A program made the translations under genes and the position numbers. From assembly GCA_046350315.1 (NCBI GenBank), contig JAXMAP010000002.1, forward strand, positions 1,824,390-1,888,389: DNA of 64,000 bases. The letters are read 5' to 3'. Shown here piece after piece: positions 1 through 8,691 of the stretch. The notes beneath the pieces were generated by a model. It did no database searches. It was not told the origin of the DNA and was given only the letters and a program-made list of their open reading frames with translations. How positions within the stretch are numbered: the first letter of the stretch is position 1; each line of letters begins with the position of its first letter. Source of the stretch: Phycisphaerae bacterium (GTDB lineage: Bacteria; Planctomycetota; Phycisphaerae; UBA1845; Fen-1342).

Positions 1-142
1 ACCGGTGCCGTTCGAGGCCAGCATCTCCTATCGTGACAGTTTCGCTCGTCATGCGGAGTTGAGCGAAGTTACGTTTGAAGACGCTGAGCCGGCGGCTGAG
101 CGGGACGACGAGGCAGACAACGGAGGTTCGGCCGATGCCTGA
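1..142 (+). CDS. 3' end (46 codons) of an upstream gene truncated by the window edge. Its stop overlaps the pAgo start by 8 nt. Candidate APAZ-domain partner of the short pAgo, identity not determinable.
   Basis: Open frame from nt 2 to a TGA at 140-142 (..PVPFEASISYRDSFARHAELSEVTFEDAEPAAERDDEADNGGSADA*). The ATG of the next gene (135) lies inside it, indicating translational coupling. No start codon in the window. Confidence 0.4.
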   Translation, partial: PVPFEASISYRDSFARHAELSEVTFEDAEPAAERDDEADNGGSADA

Positions 143-1694
143 ACTGCGATACATCAAGGAACCCGGCCTGCTTTTCCGGCACGATCAGGCTGTAGAGGAC
201 CCGCGGGACGGGTTGACGTTGTTCGGCCCACTCGACGAGGGCAAACCCTACGGCATTCGATGGGGGCTGATAGGGCCGGAGGACAGCCTTCAACGCGTTG
301 AGCAGTGGGTGTCCGGCATTAACAGGCGCGTTGTCGATTCCGAGCCTGTTCGCTATGGCCGAAAACAGTCGCCAAGCGCTCGCGGGCCCGATCTCGCGCG
401 CCCCCCGTACCCCGGATTTCACGCGGCGTTCGAGATTCCCTGGTCAAGTAAGCCGGTGCAGCGCCTCACTGTGCCAGAAAAGGAACTGGCCAAAGTCGCG
501 TTTCTCGATGACCCGCATCAACGTGTTTTCAACACAGTCAACGCGTACTCCGAACGCATCATCGACTGTCTTCGACGCGAAGAGGCCAGGCCGGACATAT
601 GGTGCGTTGCCATCCCGGAGTACGTTTATCAAAATTGTCGACCACGGTCCTACGTGGAATCGAGCGAGCGAGTCAAGGCCGAAGCTCGCTTGACGCGATC
701 GGAGGCAAAGGCCATCGCCGCTGCCCCGCTGCTGTTCGACGAGGAAAACAAGCTAGCCAAGCCGTACGAATACGAGCTGAATTTCCACCATCAACTCAAG
801 GCGCGGCTGCTTCCTCACAATGCTCCGACCCAGATCATTCGGGAAACGACCATCGCGCATCGCGACTTTCTCGACTCGAAGGGTGAGCCGACGCGGAAAC
901 TGGACGGCATGGAGTCAGCGATTGCATGGACAATATCGACGGCAGCTTTCTACAAGTCCGGCGGCCGCCCCTGGAAACTTGGCGCCGCTCGGCCTGGCGT
1001 GTGCTATGTCGGCTTAGTCTTCAAGCAAGACGAGAAACACCGCGATCCACGAACGGCGTGCTGTGCCGCACAGATGTTTCTCGATTCGGGCGACGGCGTT
1101 GTTTTCAAGGGCGCTGTCGGTCCGTGGTATCGCGGAAAACGAGGGCTCTTTCATCTTTCTCGCGCGGCCGCGGCTGAAGTAATCCGGATGTGCATCGACT
1201 CATATGCTGACCGGTTTGACGGCAAGCCGCCAGACGAAGTGTTTATCCATGGCCGTGTTCGTTTTGAAGATGACGAGTGGGCCGGGTTTCTCGACGGCGC
1301 AGGCGGCAAGACGCGTGTTGTGGGTGTCCGAATTCGCGACGACGAAGATCTGAAGGTCTTCCGCCGAACCGCTTTTCCGATCTTACGTGGACATTGGTTC
1401 CGCATCGGCGACCGAATGGCCTCGCTCTGGACGCGCGGGTTTGTGCCCAGGTTGCGCAGCTACCCCGGTCTGGAAGTGCCGAATCCCCTGTTTATCGACG
1501 TATGTCGCGGTGACGCCGACATCGAAACTGTCGTGCGCGATGTCTTGGCGCTCACAAAGCTGAATTACAATTCATGCGTCTTTGCGGATGGTGCACCGGT
1601 CACGCTGAAGTTCGCCAAAGCGGTCGGTGAGATTCTTACAGCCGGGCCGTTGAACGGAACGATTCCACCGCTTCCGTTCAAGCACTATATTTGA
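135..1694 (+). CDS. Short prokaryotic Argonaute (MID + PIWI domains only), predicted catalytically inactive.
   Basis: MID-like motifs: PDIWCVAIPEYVY, NFHHQLKARLL, PTQIIRETTI and AFYKSGGRPWKL (the K-GG-W box at the MID/PIWI junction). PIWI-like RNase H region: CYVGLVFKQDEKH sits in place of G-DVSH, DEVFIHGRVRFEDDEWAGF in place of the RDG-motif block, and RVVGVRIRDDED...PVTLKFAKAV at the C-terminal end. There are no acidic catalytic residues at the expected DEDX positions. The 520-aa length fits short pAgos. GGAGG lies 6 nt upstream of the ATG at 135, and the ORF table's 75 start is an in-frame upstream extension. Confidence 0.75.
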   Translation: MPELRYIKEPGLLFRHDQAVEDPRDGLTLFGPLDEGKPYGIRWGLIGPEDSLQRVEQWVSGINRRVVDSEPVRYGRKQSPSARGPDLARPPYPGFHAAFEIPWSSKPVQRLTVPEKELAKVAFLDDPHQRVFNTVNAYSERIIDCLRREEARPDIWCVAIPEYVYQNCRPRSYVESSERVKAEARLTRSEAKAIAAAPLLFDEENKLAKPYEYELNFHHQLKARLLPHNAPTQIIRETTIAHRDFLDSKGEPTRKLDGMESAIAWTISTAAFYKSGGRPWKLGAARPGVCYVGLVFKQDEKHRDPRTACCAAQMFLDSGDGVVFKGAVGPWYRGKRGLFHLSRAAAAEVIRMCIDSYADRFDGKPPDEVFIHGRVRFEDDEWAGFLDGAGGKTRVVGVRIRDDEDLKVFRRTAFPILRGHWFRIGDRMASLWTRGFVPRLRSYPGLEVPNPLFIDVCRGDADIETVVRDVLALTKLNYNSCVFADGAPVTLKFAKAVGEILTAGPLNGTIPPLPFKHYI

Positions 1695-1845
1695 GCCACA
1701 AATCGATACACAACCAGGAATGTGGTCCCACAAACAGTCTTGTTCTCGAACGGCCTGGGGGACCATCGGGCGCTTCCGTTTCGGCCGTTTGCTCGTGGAA
1801 CACGACGTGCAATAACGGCTGGCACGAACAGAAAGCGAGGAAGCA

Positions 1846-3342
1846 ATGACCGCAACGTTCAACTGCCCGAAGTGCCAGATCCCGATCGAAATCACCGAGG
1901 TGATGACCAGTCAGCTCCGCGACCGGCTGCGGAGCGAACTCGACGCTGAATTGGCGCCCGAGCGCACGCGACTGTCGGAGCAAGCCGCAAAGATCGCGGG
2001 CGACCGACAGGCGCTTGATAAGCAGCGCGAGGCCGTGGACGAGCAGGTCCGGCAGCGGCTGGATGCCGAGCGCCAGAAGCTCACCGCCCTCGCCCGCGAG
2101 AAGGCCGCCGCAGACATAGCGGTCGAGCTGCGCGACCGCGACGAGCAAATCCGCGAGGCCAATGCCAAGCTCAAGGCGGCCACGGACCAGGAACTCGCCT
2201 GGCGGAAGAAGGAGCGCGACCTTCAGGCACGCGAGGCGGCCCTCACAGCTGAGCGCAACCAAATGGCCGAGGAGTCGCAGCGCCAGGTCGCGGCCGAGCG
2301 GCAGAAGCTGATCGAGGAAGGTCGCAAGAAGGCCGCCGGTGAGGCCGAGGCGCTGGTTCGCGAGCGTGACGAGGAACTATCCGGGCTGCGCGATCGGCTC
2401 AAGACCGCGAACGAGCAGGAGCTTCTGCTTCGCAAGCGCCAGCGCGAACTGGAGGAGCGCGGCGAGCAGATGCAGCTTGAAATCGACCGCAAGGTTGACG
2501 CCGAGCGGCAGCAGATTCGTGAAGCTGCCCGCAACCAGGTCGGCGAGGAGTTTGAACTCAAGCTCCGTGACGAGCAGCAGAAGAACGAAACGCTGCGCAA
2601 GCAGATCGACGACCTAAAGCGCCGCGCCGAGCAGGGTTCCCAGCAGGCCCAGGGCGAGACGCTGGAACTGGTCGTCGAGGAGATGCTCGCCGACGCATTT
2701 CGGAGCGACCGAATCGAGGAGGTTCGCAAAGGCGTCCACGGTGCGGACGTTCTGCAGCACGTGCTCGCGTCGAATGGCGCCGCGGCCGGCACAATCCTCT
2801 GGGAAACCAAGCGCGCCAAGAACTGGGCGGCCGATTGGCTCCGCAAGGCCCGTGAGGATCAGCGGGAGGCTGGCGCCGCCGTGGCCATCATCGTCAGCGA
2901 AGTGCTCCCCGCGGGCGTCACCCACGTTGGGATCGTCGAAGGGGTCTGGGTAACCAGTCGCGCCTGCGCAATCGCACTGGCGAAGTCGATCCGGATCGGT
3001 ATGCTCGAAGCGGCCAATGCCCGTCGCGCCATGGAAGGCCAGCACGGCAAGATGGAGTCCGTGTACGGGTACCTGACGGGAGTCGAGTTCAAGAACCGCG
3101 TGGTCGGCATGCTGGAGCCGCTGATCGCGATGCAGCAGACGCTCCAGAAGGAAAAGGTCGCGACGCAGCGCAGTTGGGCGGCGCGCGAGAAGCAAATTGA
3201 TCAGGTGTTCGGCGGGCTGGCTTGCGTTTACGGCGACCTTCAGGGGATCATCGGCGGCTCACTGCCGCGGATTGAGGCCTTGGAGCTGCCGGAATCGCCC
3301 GAGCCGAAGGCGGCCGGCACCTTGGCTCTTTCAGCGGGATAG
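1846..3342 (+). CDS. DUF2130-like protein: N-terminal zinc ribbon, long coiled coil, C-terminal restriction-endonuclease-like PD-(D/E)xK domain (RmuC-like architecture).
   Basis: N-terminal CPKC zinc ribbon. Residues ~20-260 are E/R/K/Q/A/L-rich heptad-like coiled coil. C-terminal block EEMLADAFRSDRIEEVRKGVHGADVLQHV...GTILWETKRAKNWAADWLRKAREDQREAGAAVAIIVSEVLP carries D...E-x-K. RBS GAGGAAG lies before the ATG. Confidence 0.65.
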   Translation: MTATFNCPKCQIPIEITEVMTSQLRDRLRSELDAELAPERTRLSEQAAKIAGDRQALDKQREAVDEQVRQRLDAERQKLTALAREKAAADIAVELRDRDEQIREANAKLKAATDQELAWRKKERDLQAREAALTAERNQMAEESQRQVAAERQKLIEEGRKKAAGEAEALVRERDEELSGLRDRLKTANEQELLLRKRQRELEERGEQMQLEIDRKVDAERQQIREAARNQVGEEFELKLRDEQQKNETLRKQIDDLKRRAEQGSQQAQGETLELVVEEMLADAFRSDRIEEVRKGVHGADVLQHVLASNGAAAGTILWETKRAKNWAADWLRKAREDQREAGAAVAIIVSEVLPAGVTHVGIVEGVWVTSRACAIALAKSIRIGMLEAANARRAMEGQHGKMESVYGYLTGVEFKNRVVGMLEPLIAMQQTLQKEKVATQRSWAAREKQIDQVFGGLACVYGDLQGIIGGSLPRIEALELPESPEPKAAGTLALSAG

Positions 3343-3360
3343 CCTCCGGGAGATGGCGCG

Positions 3361-5079
3361 TTGATAACGGCGATTGAGATCGAGAATTTCAAGGGCATCG
3401 GCCCGCGCCAGCGGATCGAGTTGGCCCCGATCACGTTGCTGTTCGGGGCCAATAGTTCCGGCAAAAGCACGTTCATTCACGCACTCCATTACGCCCTTGA
3501 GGTTCTCCAACGGCACAACTGCGACGCCGAACGCACCGCTTCCGGCGGTGAGTTTATCGATCTGGGCGGATTTCGCAGTTTCGTTCACGGCCGGGATTTG
3601 CAGCGCCGCGTGTCGATGCGGTTCGACCTCGACCTGCGCGAGCACAGCCTGCCGACCTACGGCGAGCGTGAGCCCGACTTCTCGATCTTTGATGAGGGTT
3701 ATGCAGACCGAGTCGAGCGCGCGGCCGTCGAATTTCAGGTCGCCTGGGACCACCAGAGTCAGATGCCGATTGTCTCGCGCTACGCGGTGGAACTGAACGG
3801 CGAGCGGTTTGCCGCGTTGGAAACCGACGCCGGACGCCGCGCAACCGTGCTCGCCGAGCTGAACTGGAACCATCCCGTTTTGCGCGAAGAGGGCGACGAA
3901 CAGGCGGCAGCAGACCAGGAATTGGAGGACCTTCACTCGAAGGTCGTCGTTCTGCATGAAGAGGCAGCTAAGCGCGGTTTGCGCAAGGATCCGCCGCCGC
4001 ATCTCGCATTCGGAATTCTGCATAGTTTGGTGAGCAAGGCGTTCGGCGTCGATGATGCGGATGTACAGCCGACGCCGGGGTGGGGTTTGGCTGGTTTGAT
4101 TGATGCACTCCCGACATGGGGGACAGTGCTCGAACCTGCGCTCCCGCTCTCATCGTCGACCGCGGGCGGCGACTCCGCCTCCAATGCCGACGCCGGCCAG
4201 CCGCGATCACAGTCAGAGATGAATGAAGCGGCCGAGCAATTCGCTGCATTGCTGACCCAACTGCTGGTTGGCCCCGGTGAACTGCTCACGCAAGCGCTCG
4301 CGTCGACTCGATATCTGGGGCCGCTCCGGGAGAAACCCATCCGCTCGCACGACGCCCATCACGTAGGCGACGCGAGGCGTTGGGCCAGCGGACTCGCGGC
4401 CTGGGATGCCCTGTTTCAGCGCGACGCAGCGTTCCTGACGCTCGTCAGCGAGTGGCTCAGTCGATCCGACCGGCTCGGCGCGGGAGTGAGCGTCACGAGC
4501 AGTGAATATCGCGAGATTGCCGTAGACGACCCGATTCTCGTGCAGCTTTCGGGCGGACACGCGTTCGATGACCTTGACTTGAACGATCTTCGTAATCGCC
4601 TTCGGCGAATCCCGATTCGCCGTAGGATCGTTCTGATAGATGAGGCGACCGGCGTCCAGTACCAACCGTTCGATGTCGGCGAAGGAATCTCGCAGCTTCT
4701 CCCCGTCGTTGTGGCACTCCTCGATCCAACGCCGGGCGTCATCGCGATCGAACAACCGGAACTGCACGTGCATCCAGCGATCCAAGTCGGCCTCGGAGAC
4801 CTCATCGCGTTCGGGATGGGGGTGCATGGCGCGACACGAGTAATCGAGACGCACAGCGAACACTTGCTTCTGCGGCTGCTGCGTCGGATCCGTGACACGG
4901 AAGACAACGGGCCTGAACAGCACGAGCATGTGCTTTCGCCGGACGACGTCGCCGTCTGGTACATTGAAGCTGTTGACGGCGTCACACGCGCGACGCGACT
5001 CCGCGTCGATGCCTCTGGCGAATTCCTTGATCGCTGGCCAAGGGGCTTCTTTGAAGAACGTGCTCAGGAACTTTTCTGA
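3361..5079 (+). CDS. AAA_21/ABC-type ATPase with C-terminal DUF3696 (OLD/Septu-PtuA/PARIS-AriA-like ATPase class).
   Basis: N-terminus IEIENFKGIG...LLFGANSSGKST (Walker A). Walker B/D-loop IAIEQPELHVHP. C-terminal ...FLDRWPRGFFEE (DUF3696 hallmark). TTG start 18 nt after the preceding stop. Confidence 0.8.
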   Translation: MITAIEIENFKGIGPRQRIELAPITLLFGANSSGKSTFIHALHYALEVLQRHNCDAERTASGGEFIDLGGFRSFVHGRDLQRRVSMRFDLDLREHSLPTYGEREPDFSIFDEGYADRVERAAVEFQVAWDHQSQMPIVSRYAVELNGERFAALETDAGRRATVLAELNWNHPVLREEGDEQAAADQELEDLHSKVVVLHEEAAKRGLRKDPPPHLAFGILHSLVSKAFGVDDADVQPTPGWGLAGLIDALPTWGTVLEPALPLSSSTAGGDSASNADAGQPRSQSEMNEAAEQFAALLTQLLVGPGELLTQALASTRYLGPLREKPIRSHDAHHVGDARRWASGLAAWDALFQRDAAFLTLVSEWLSRSDRLGAGVSVTSSEYREIAVDDPILVQLSGGHAFDDLDLNDLRNRLRRIPIRRRIVLIDEATGVQYQPFDVGEGISQLLPVVVALLDPTPGVIAIEQPELHVHPAIQVGLGDLIAFGMGVHGATRVIETHSEHLLLRLLRRIRDTEDNGPEQHEHVLSPDDVAVWYIEAVDGVTRATRLRVDASGEFLDRWPRGFFEERAQELF

Positions 5080-6026
5080 TGGTGTACGAGTTCGCCCTGG
5101 AGCCCGCGACCCTCGCGACATGGGAGCAGTTTCGCTATCTAACCGAGAAGTTCGGCGTAGATAACGGGCGCCTCATCGCTCAGTTTCCGAAATCGTGGAA
5201 GAAACTGGTCTATGACGCCTTCGCCGGCGCCGGCGACGTGGAGAAGAAGCGAATCGAGGAACGGCTCCAGCAGGAATCGTTTAGTCGCAAGCTCACACGG
5301 TCGAACCGCACGTACGATTCTGCGCAGGCTTGGCTTCCGAACGCCGAGCGTCAGCAGGAGGGTTCCGACCCTTTCCGCGCCATCATTGCCACGACCAACC
5401 CTAACAACTGCCCGTCCGTTCGCATCGCCTCCGAGCTTGATGAGACGGATCGGCTCTGGTCTGTAAGTCGAGAAGCCCGGATCGCCCGCACTTCGCACGC
5501 GCTAACAGCGGCCGCAGCCCCTCTTGTTCGCTGCAGTAGGGAGCTCCTGATTGTAGATCCGTATTTTGACCCGCAAGTTTCGAGGTTTCTTGACGTCTTT
5601 CAGTCACTGATGCGAGAAGTGTGTGGAGCGCGAAACGTGCCTCGGCGACTGGAGCTCCATTGCTCGAATGCGAGGAGCGGCACCACGGAGCATTGGGAGC
5701 AACAATGTAGCTCACGCCTGAGGCGGTTCATCGGCGCCAACTCCCGACTTCGCGTCGTCAGATGGGCTCAGCGTGCCGGAGGCGAGACGTTTCATGCGCG
5801 ATACATCCTGACCGAGCGCGGGGGACTCCGCTATGACGTTGGGCTCGATGCGGGACCACCTGGTGAAACTACAGACGTAATGCTTCTCGATACGCAGCTG
5901 CACATCGCTCGCTGGAATGACCTTCAGGAAGTTGACGCGAACGGGCGCACGCGCACTCCGGCCTTCGACAAGGTCGATGAGCTACTCATCTCGAACAGCA
6001 GTGCGACGCGCGTTTTCCCTACGTGA
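5079..6026 (+). CDS. Hypothetical protein, translationally coupled partner of the AAA ATPase (candidate effector component, no recognisable domain).
   Basis: Its ATG overlaps the TGA of the ATPase gene by 1 nt. 315-aa ORF with non-repetitive composition. No HNH, Toprim or PD-(D/E)xK motif confidently recognised. Confidence 0.5.
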   Translation: MVYEFALEPATLATWEQFRYLTEKFGVDNGRLIAQFPKSWKKLVYDAFAGAGDVEKKRIEERLQQESFSRKLTRSNRTYDSAQAWLPNAERQQEGSDPFRAIIATTNPNNCPSVRIASELDETDRLWSVSREARIARTSHALTAAAAPLVRCSRELLIVDPYFDPQVSRFLDVFQSLMREVCGARNVPRRLELHCSNARSGTTEHWEQQCSSRLRRFIGANSRLRVVRWAQRAGGETFHARYILTERGGLRYDVGLDAGPPGETTDVMLLDTQLHIARWNDLQEVDANGRTRTPAFDKVDELLISNSSATRVFPT

Positions 6027-6581
6027 CGGGCAATCGCCTTTTGCTTTCCTGAGCGCGGCGCTTTGCAAGACGTTGAGCAATTGCCACTTTATCTGAGCGA
6101 AGTCGCCCAACCCTCGCCTCACGCGCCCCGTGCCCCCCGGCGACACCAGGTCGCGCACGAGGGCTCTCAAGTCTCCGACGATCTGTCCGGCAAGGCGTAC
6201 AGATACCTGCCACCGCCTATCCCGCCCCTGGCGACAGCCAATGCTGTAGCCGGCAAACCTAATTGGCGCGCGACGAACGTCGCGAATTACCGCCTGCTCG
6301 CGCTCGAAGAATTCGTGCCGGCCCTTCGTCGCCAGCAGCACGAAGAACCGCCCGTGCCGCAGGTACTGCATGTTCGCTAGGCCCTGCTTCTTGCGCCGGC
6401 AGCGCGCCCACTTCGAAATCGCGATGCCGTAACGCTCGATGAGTTTCGCATCGACGGCGGCCGGATCCTTGCCCTCCGGGATGGTCCCGGTCACGTAGAA
6501 CCAGTAGCCGTGCGTGATGTACGCGACGGCGAGCTGCTGCACAAACCCCTCGATCGACGTGGCGACGCAACGATACTCCAT
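5982..6581 (-). CDS. Hypothetical protein. N-terminal ~115 aa look protein-like, the C-terminal half is Arg-rich and possibly frameshifted or degenerate.
   Basis: Start MEYRCVATSIEGFVQQLAVAYITHGYWFYVTGTIPEGKDP... is preceded by GGGAGGG 7 nt upstream on the minus strand. The long ORF-table N-terminal extension (to 6815) has no RBS and is rejected. Confidence 0.35.
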   Translation of the reverse strand: MEYRCVATSIEGFVQQLAVAYITHGYWFYVTGTIPEGKDPAAVDAKLIERYGIAISKWARCRRKKQGLANMQYLRHGRFFVLLATKGRHEFFEREQAVIRDVRRAPIRFAGYSIGCRQGRDRRWQVSVRLAGQIVGDLRALVRDLVSPGGTGRVRRGLGDFAQIKWQLLNVLQSAALRKAKGDCPSRRENARRTAVRDE

Positions 6582-6663
6582 GCGATTGTCCCTCCCCTTC
6601 AAATGAGCGGGTTGTTCTGGCACAAACCCGCAAAGCCGTCCTGAACCTCCTTTCGTTCGAGCC

Positions 6664-6885
6664 TCAATCCGAATCGGGCGCCGGCCCGCAGAACTCCAGC
6701 AGGTCGCGAAGTTCTTGCTGGGTCGGCTCCCGGCCAAAATCCTCCCGATAGCACGCTGCGATGCGTGCCCGCACGTCCGGCGGAATCCTGCTCGGCTCCG
6801 GCCAGTACCGTTCATCGAACTCCTCGATGATGTCGGCCGGCCCGTCGCCGATGACGCCGCCGCTGCCCGTGCGCCACCAACCCAT
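6664..6885 (-). CDS. Small hypothetical protein (73 aa from the internal Met).
   Basis: ORF MGWWRTGSGGVIGDGPADIIEEFDERYWPEPSRIPPDVRARIAACYREDFGREPTQQELRDLLEFCGPAPDSD, non-repetitive, co-oriented and immediately upstream of the previous gene. Confidence 0.3.
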   Translation of the reverse strand: MGWWRTGSGGVIGDGPADIIEEFDERYWPEPSRIPPDVRARIAACYREDFGREPTQQELRDLLEFCGPAPDSD

Positions 6886-8495
6886 GCGAATCACCTCCCT
6901 TCGCTCGAAGCCCAATCCTCATGCACGCCGGCCACGCGGTCGCCCGCGTCACCGGCCCGGCGTGAAAACCAGCGCCTTCCATGAAAAACTCGGCCGCTGG
7001 CCGCCATGCCGTGCGCACACTGCTTCTTCCGAAGCTGACACCGCATCGGTGTATCCGAATGTCGTCGCTTCCCCGCCTTCGCGAACCGAATCTTGCTGTC
7101 GGCGTCGCCGCCAGCCCATCGGTTCGCATCACGCGATCGGCCTCCATCCGCACCATGCGGCTAGATTCATCTATTGCAGTTGCGCCCTGCATCAAAAACA
7201 CGATCCCGTCGCTGACCATTGCCGAACCAACTCGCCGAAGTCGCTCGCGAATTTGACGTAGGTCGTCCAGCAACGCGATCAGACCGGGACCGTGGCGGTT
7301 GCGGCCCCGCAACCTCGACGCACCAGCGGATACACCCCGCCTGTGCATCGTCATTCCGCTGCCAAACGACGGCCCTCTCCCGAGGGTCCTCGTTTGACCG
7401 CATTGGCTGTCTTCCGACCCGCCGACACGGGCCGGGGCAGGACTTCCCTGCCCCGGCGCCGCACCGACACATCTGCAAGCATGGGAATTGCTCGTCAGCC
7501 CTTTCGTCGTCGTTCACGCACCCGGCACCACCCGTTGATGCACGAACGGCATCGCGACTGCCTTGCCGCGCTGCCGCCACGCTTCCGCGTGCTCCTACTC
7601 AGGCCCCGCTCCCAGACTCCGGCTTTTCAAGCACCCGCGCGACAAATCGCGGGCACCGGGCATCACCCCGGCCGCCAGAGCCCTTCCCCGGTTAGAACCA
7701 GTCTCCATCTGATCGGTCACGTCGCTTGACCTGGAAACGCCGCGTGCGTCTCTCCCGCACGTCGCGTTCACAACGCTGATCACCCGCCGGCTCCCGCCGG
7801 AAGGCATGTTTACGTCCGCGGGTGCGGACGATTTCGGGGTACGAATCTAGAAGCTCCCCTTACCCTCAGCGCAGGTCTTTCTATCGCGGTTTGGCACCGT
7901 CTCCGATCAAACTCACCCAGAAGCGGTTATCCCGCCTTTCGCAGTTGAGCTTTTCACCGCGCGCCGCTTGAGGCGCGACGCCGAGGCTTATCATCGCCCC
8001 GGTCGCCGGCATCGCTGCCGGCGAGCTCCCTGCCTGGGCTGGCGTTGAGCGGGCCGTCTTCGAGCATGCGCTCGAAAGGTTGGCCCGAACCCCGCAGGGG
8101 GATTAGCCGCCGTGTGGCGGCATCACCCACTTTGACTGACCCGGCTCGCGCTGACGCGCGAGTCTGTCCCGGTCGCCCAGTTTCGATATGCAAAGAACGA
8201 GGCGGTCGCTTTCGACGGGCCGTGCCAAGCGGACAAGCCGCGCCGCGGCCGCATGCGAGCGAATCGCCCATGCGATATGGGATCGAACGGCTGGATTACT
8301 CCAAAAAGCTTGGGATTACTCAGCCGAGCCTCCCTCGCACTGGACGAGCCGGTCTCCCGGCAATCCAGCGCTACGAGCCTCGAACATGGCGGGTGATGAA
8401 GTCCGCCTCCTTAGCCTGATTGGTGGTCAGGTTTACCGGTTGTCCGATCCCACGATTCAGACGCCAGGCCACGCGTTTGCATGATTCTGACGATC

Positions 8496-8516
8496 GTGAA
8501 ACAAACGCTGTTTCAC
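8496..8516. promoter_or_regulatory. Perfect 8-bp-arm palindrome GTGAAACA-N5-TGTTTCAC upstream of the XRE regulator gene, candidate operator.
   Basis: gtgaaacaaacgctgtttcac read directly from the sequence, ~175 bp upstream of the HTH gene start. Confidence 0.3.
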
Positions 8517-8663
8517 AGGCCGAGAGTAGCGCAACGGAAGCTGCAAGTCACGCACCATCAGGTTCGGCCCGTCGCGGGATAGCGGACCCCACCGGTACCA
8601 GGTCCGGCGTGAAGGCTCGCGCGTCACCTGTCCCGCGACACCCCAGCCAGGGCGAAAAAGGGG

Positions 8664-8691
8664 CTTGACTCCAGCCCGCTGAGTGTTACTA
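8664..8691 (+). promoter_or_regulatory. Sigma-70-like promoter (TTGACT-N16-TACTAT) abutting the start codon of the XRE gene, implying a leaderless mRNA.
   Basis: -35 TTGACT and -10 TACTAT with a 16-nt spacer. The -10 hexamer ends 0-1 nt before the ATG. There is no room for a Shine-Dalgarno sequence. Confidence 0.35.

Noticed and set aside
75-134. ORF-table start of the pAgo gene at 75 (MKTLSRRLSGTTRQTTEVRPMPELRY…).
   Set aside because: The ATG at 135 is preceded by GGAGGT at optimal spacing and overlaps the upstream stop in a classic coupled arrangement. The 20-codon extension would be translated across the upstream gene's 3' end.
2223-2846. Long antisense/alternate-frame ORFs inside well-supported genes (e.g. 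2223-2846-, 2614-3195-, 20325-21374-, 27606-28679-, 31106-32107+, 31470-32561-, 35203-36387-, 35405-36796-, 42058-42915-, 45223-46212+, 45782-46756-, 46705-47790+, 57663-58886-).
   Set aside because: All overlap genes with clear family signatures on the other strand or frame. Their translations are Arg/Ala/Pro/Ser-rich and low-complexity, as expected from stop-codon depletion in ~68% GC DNA. None shows a recognisable motif or RBS.
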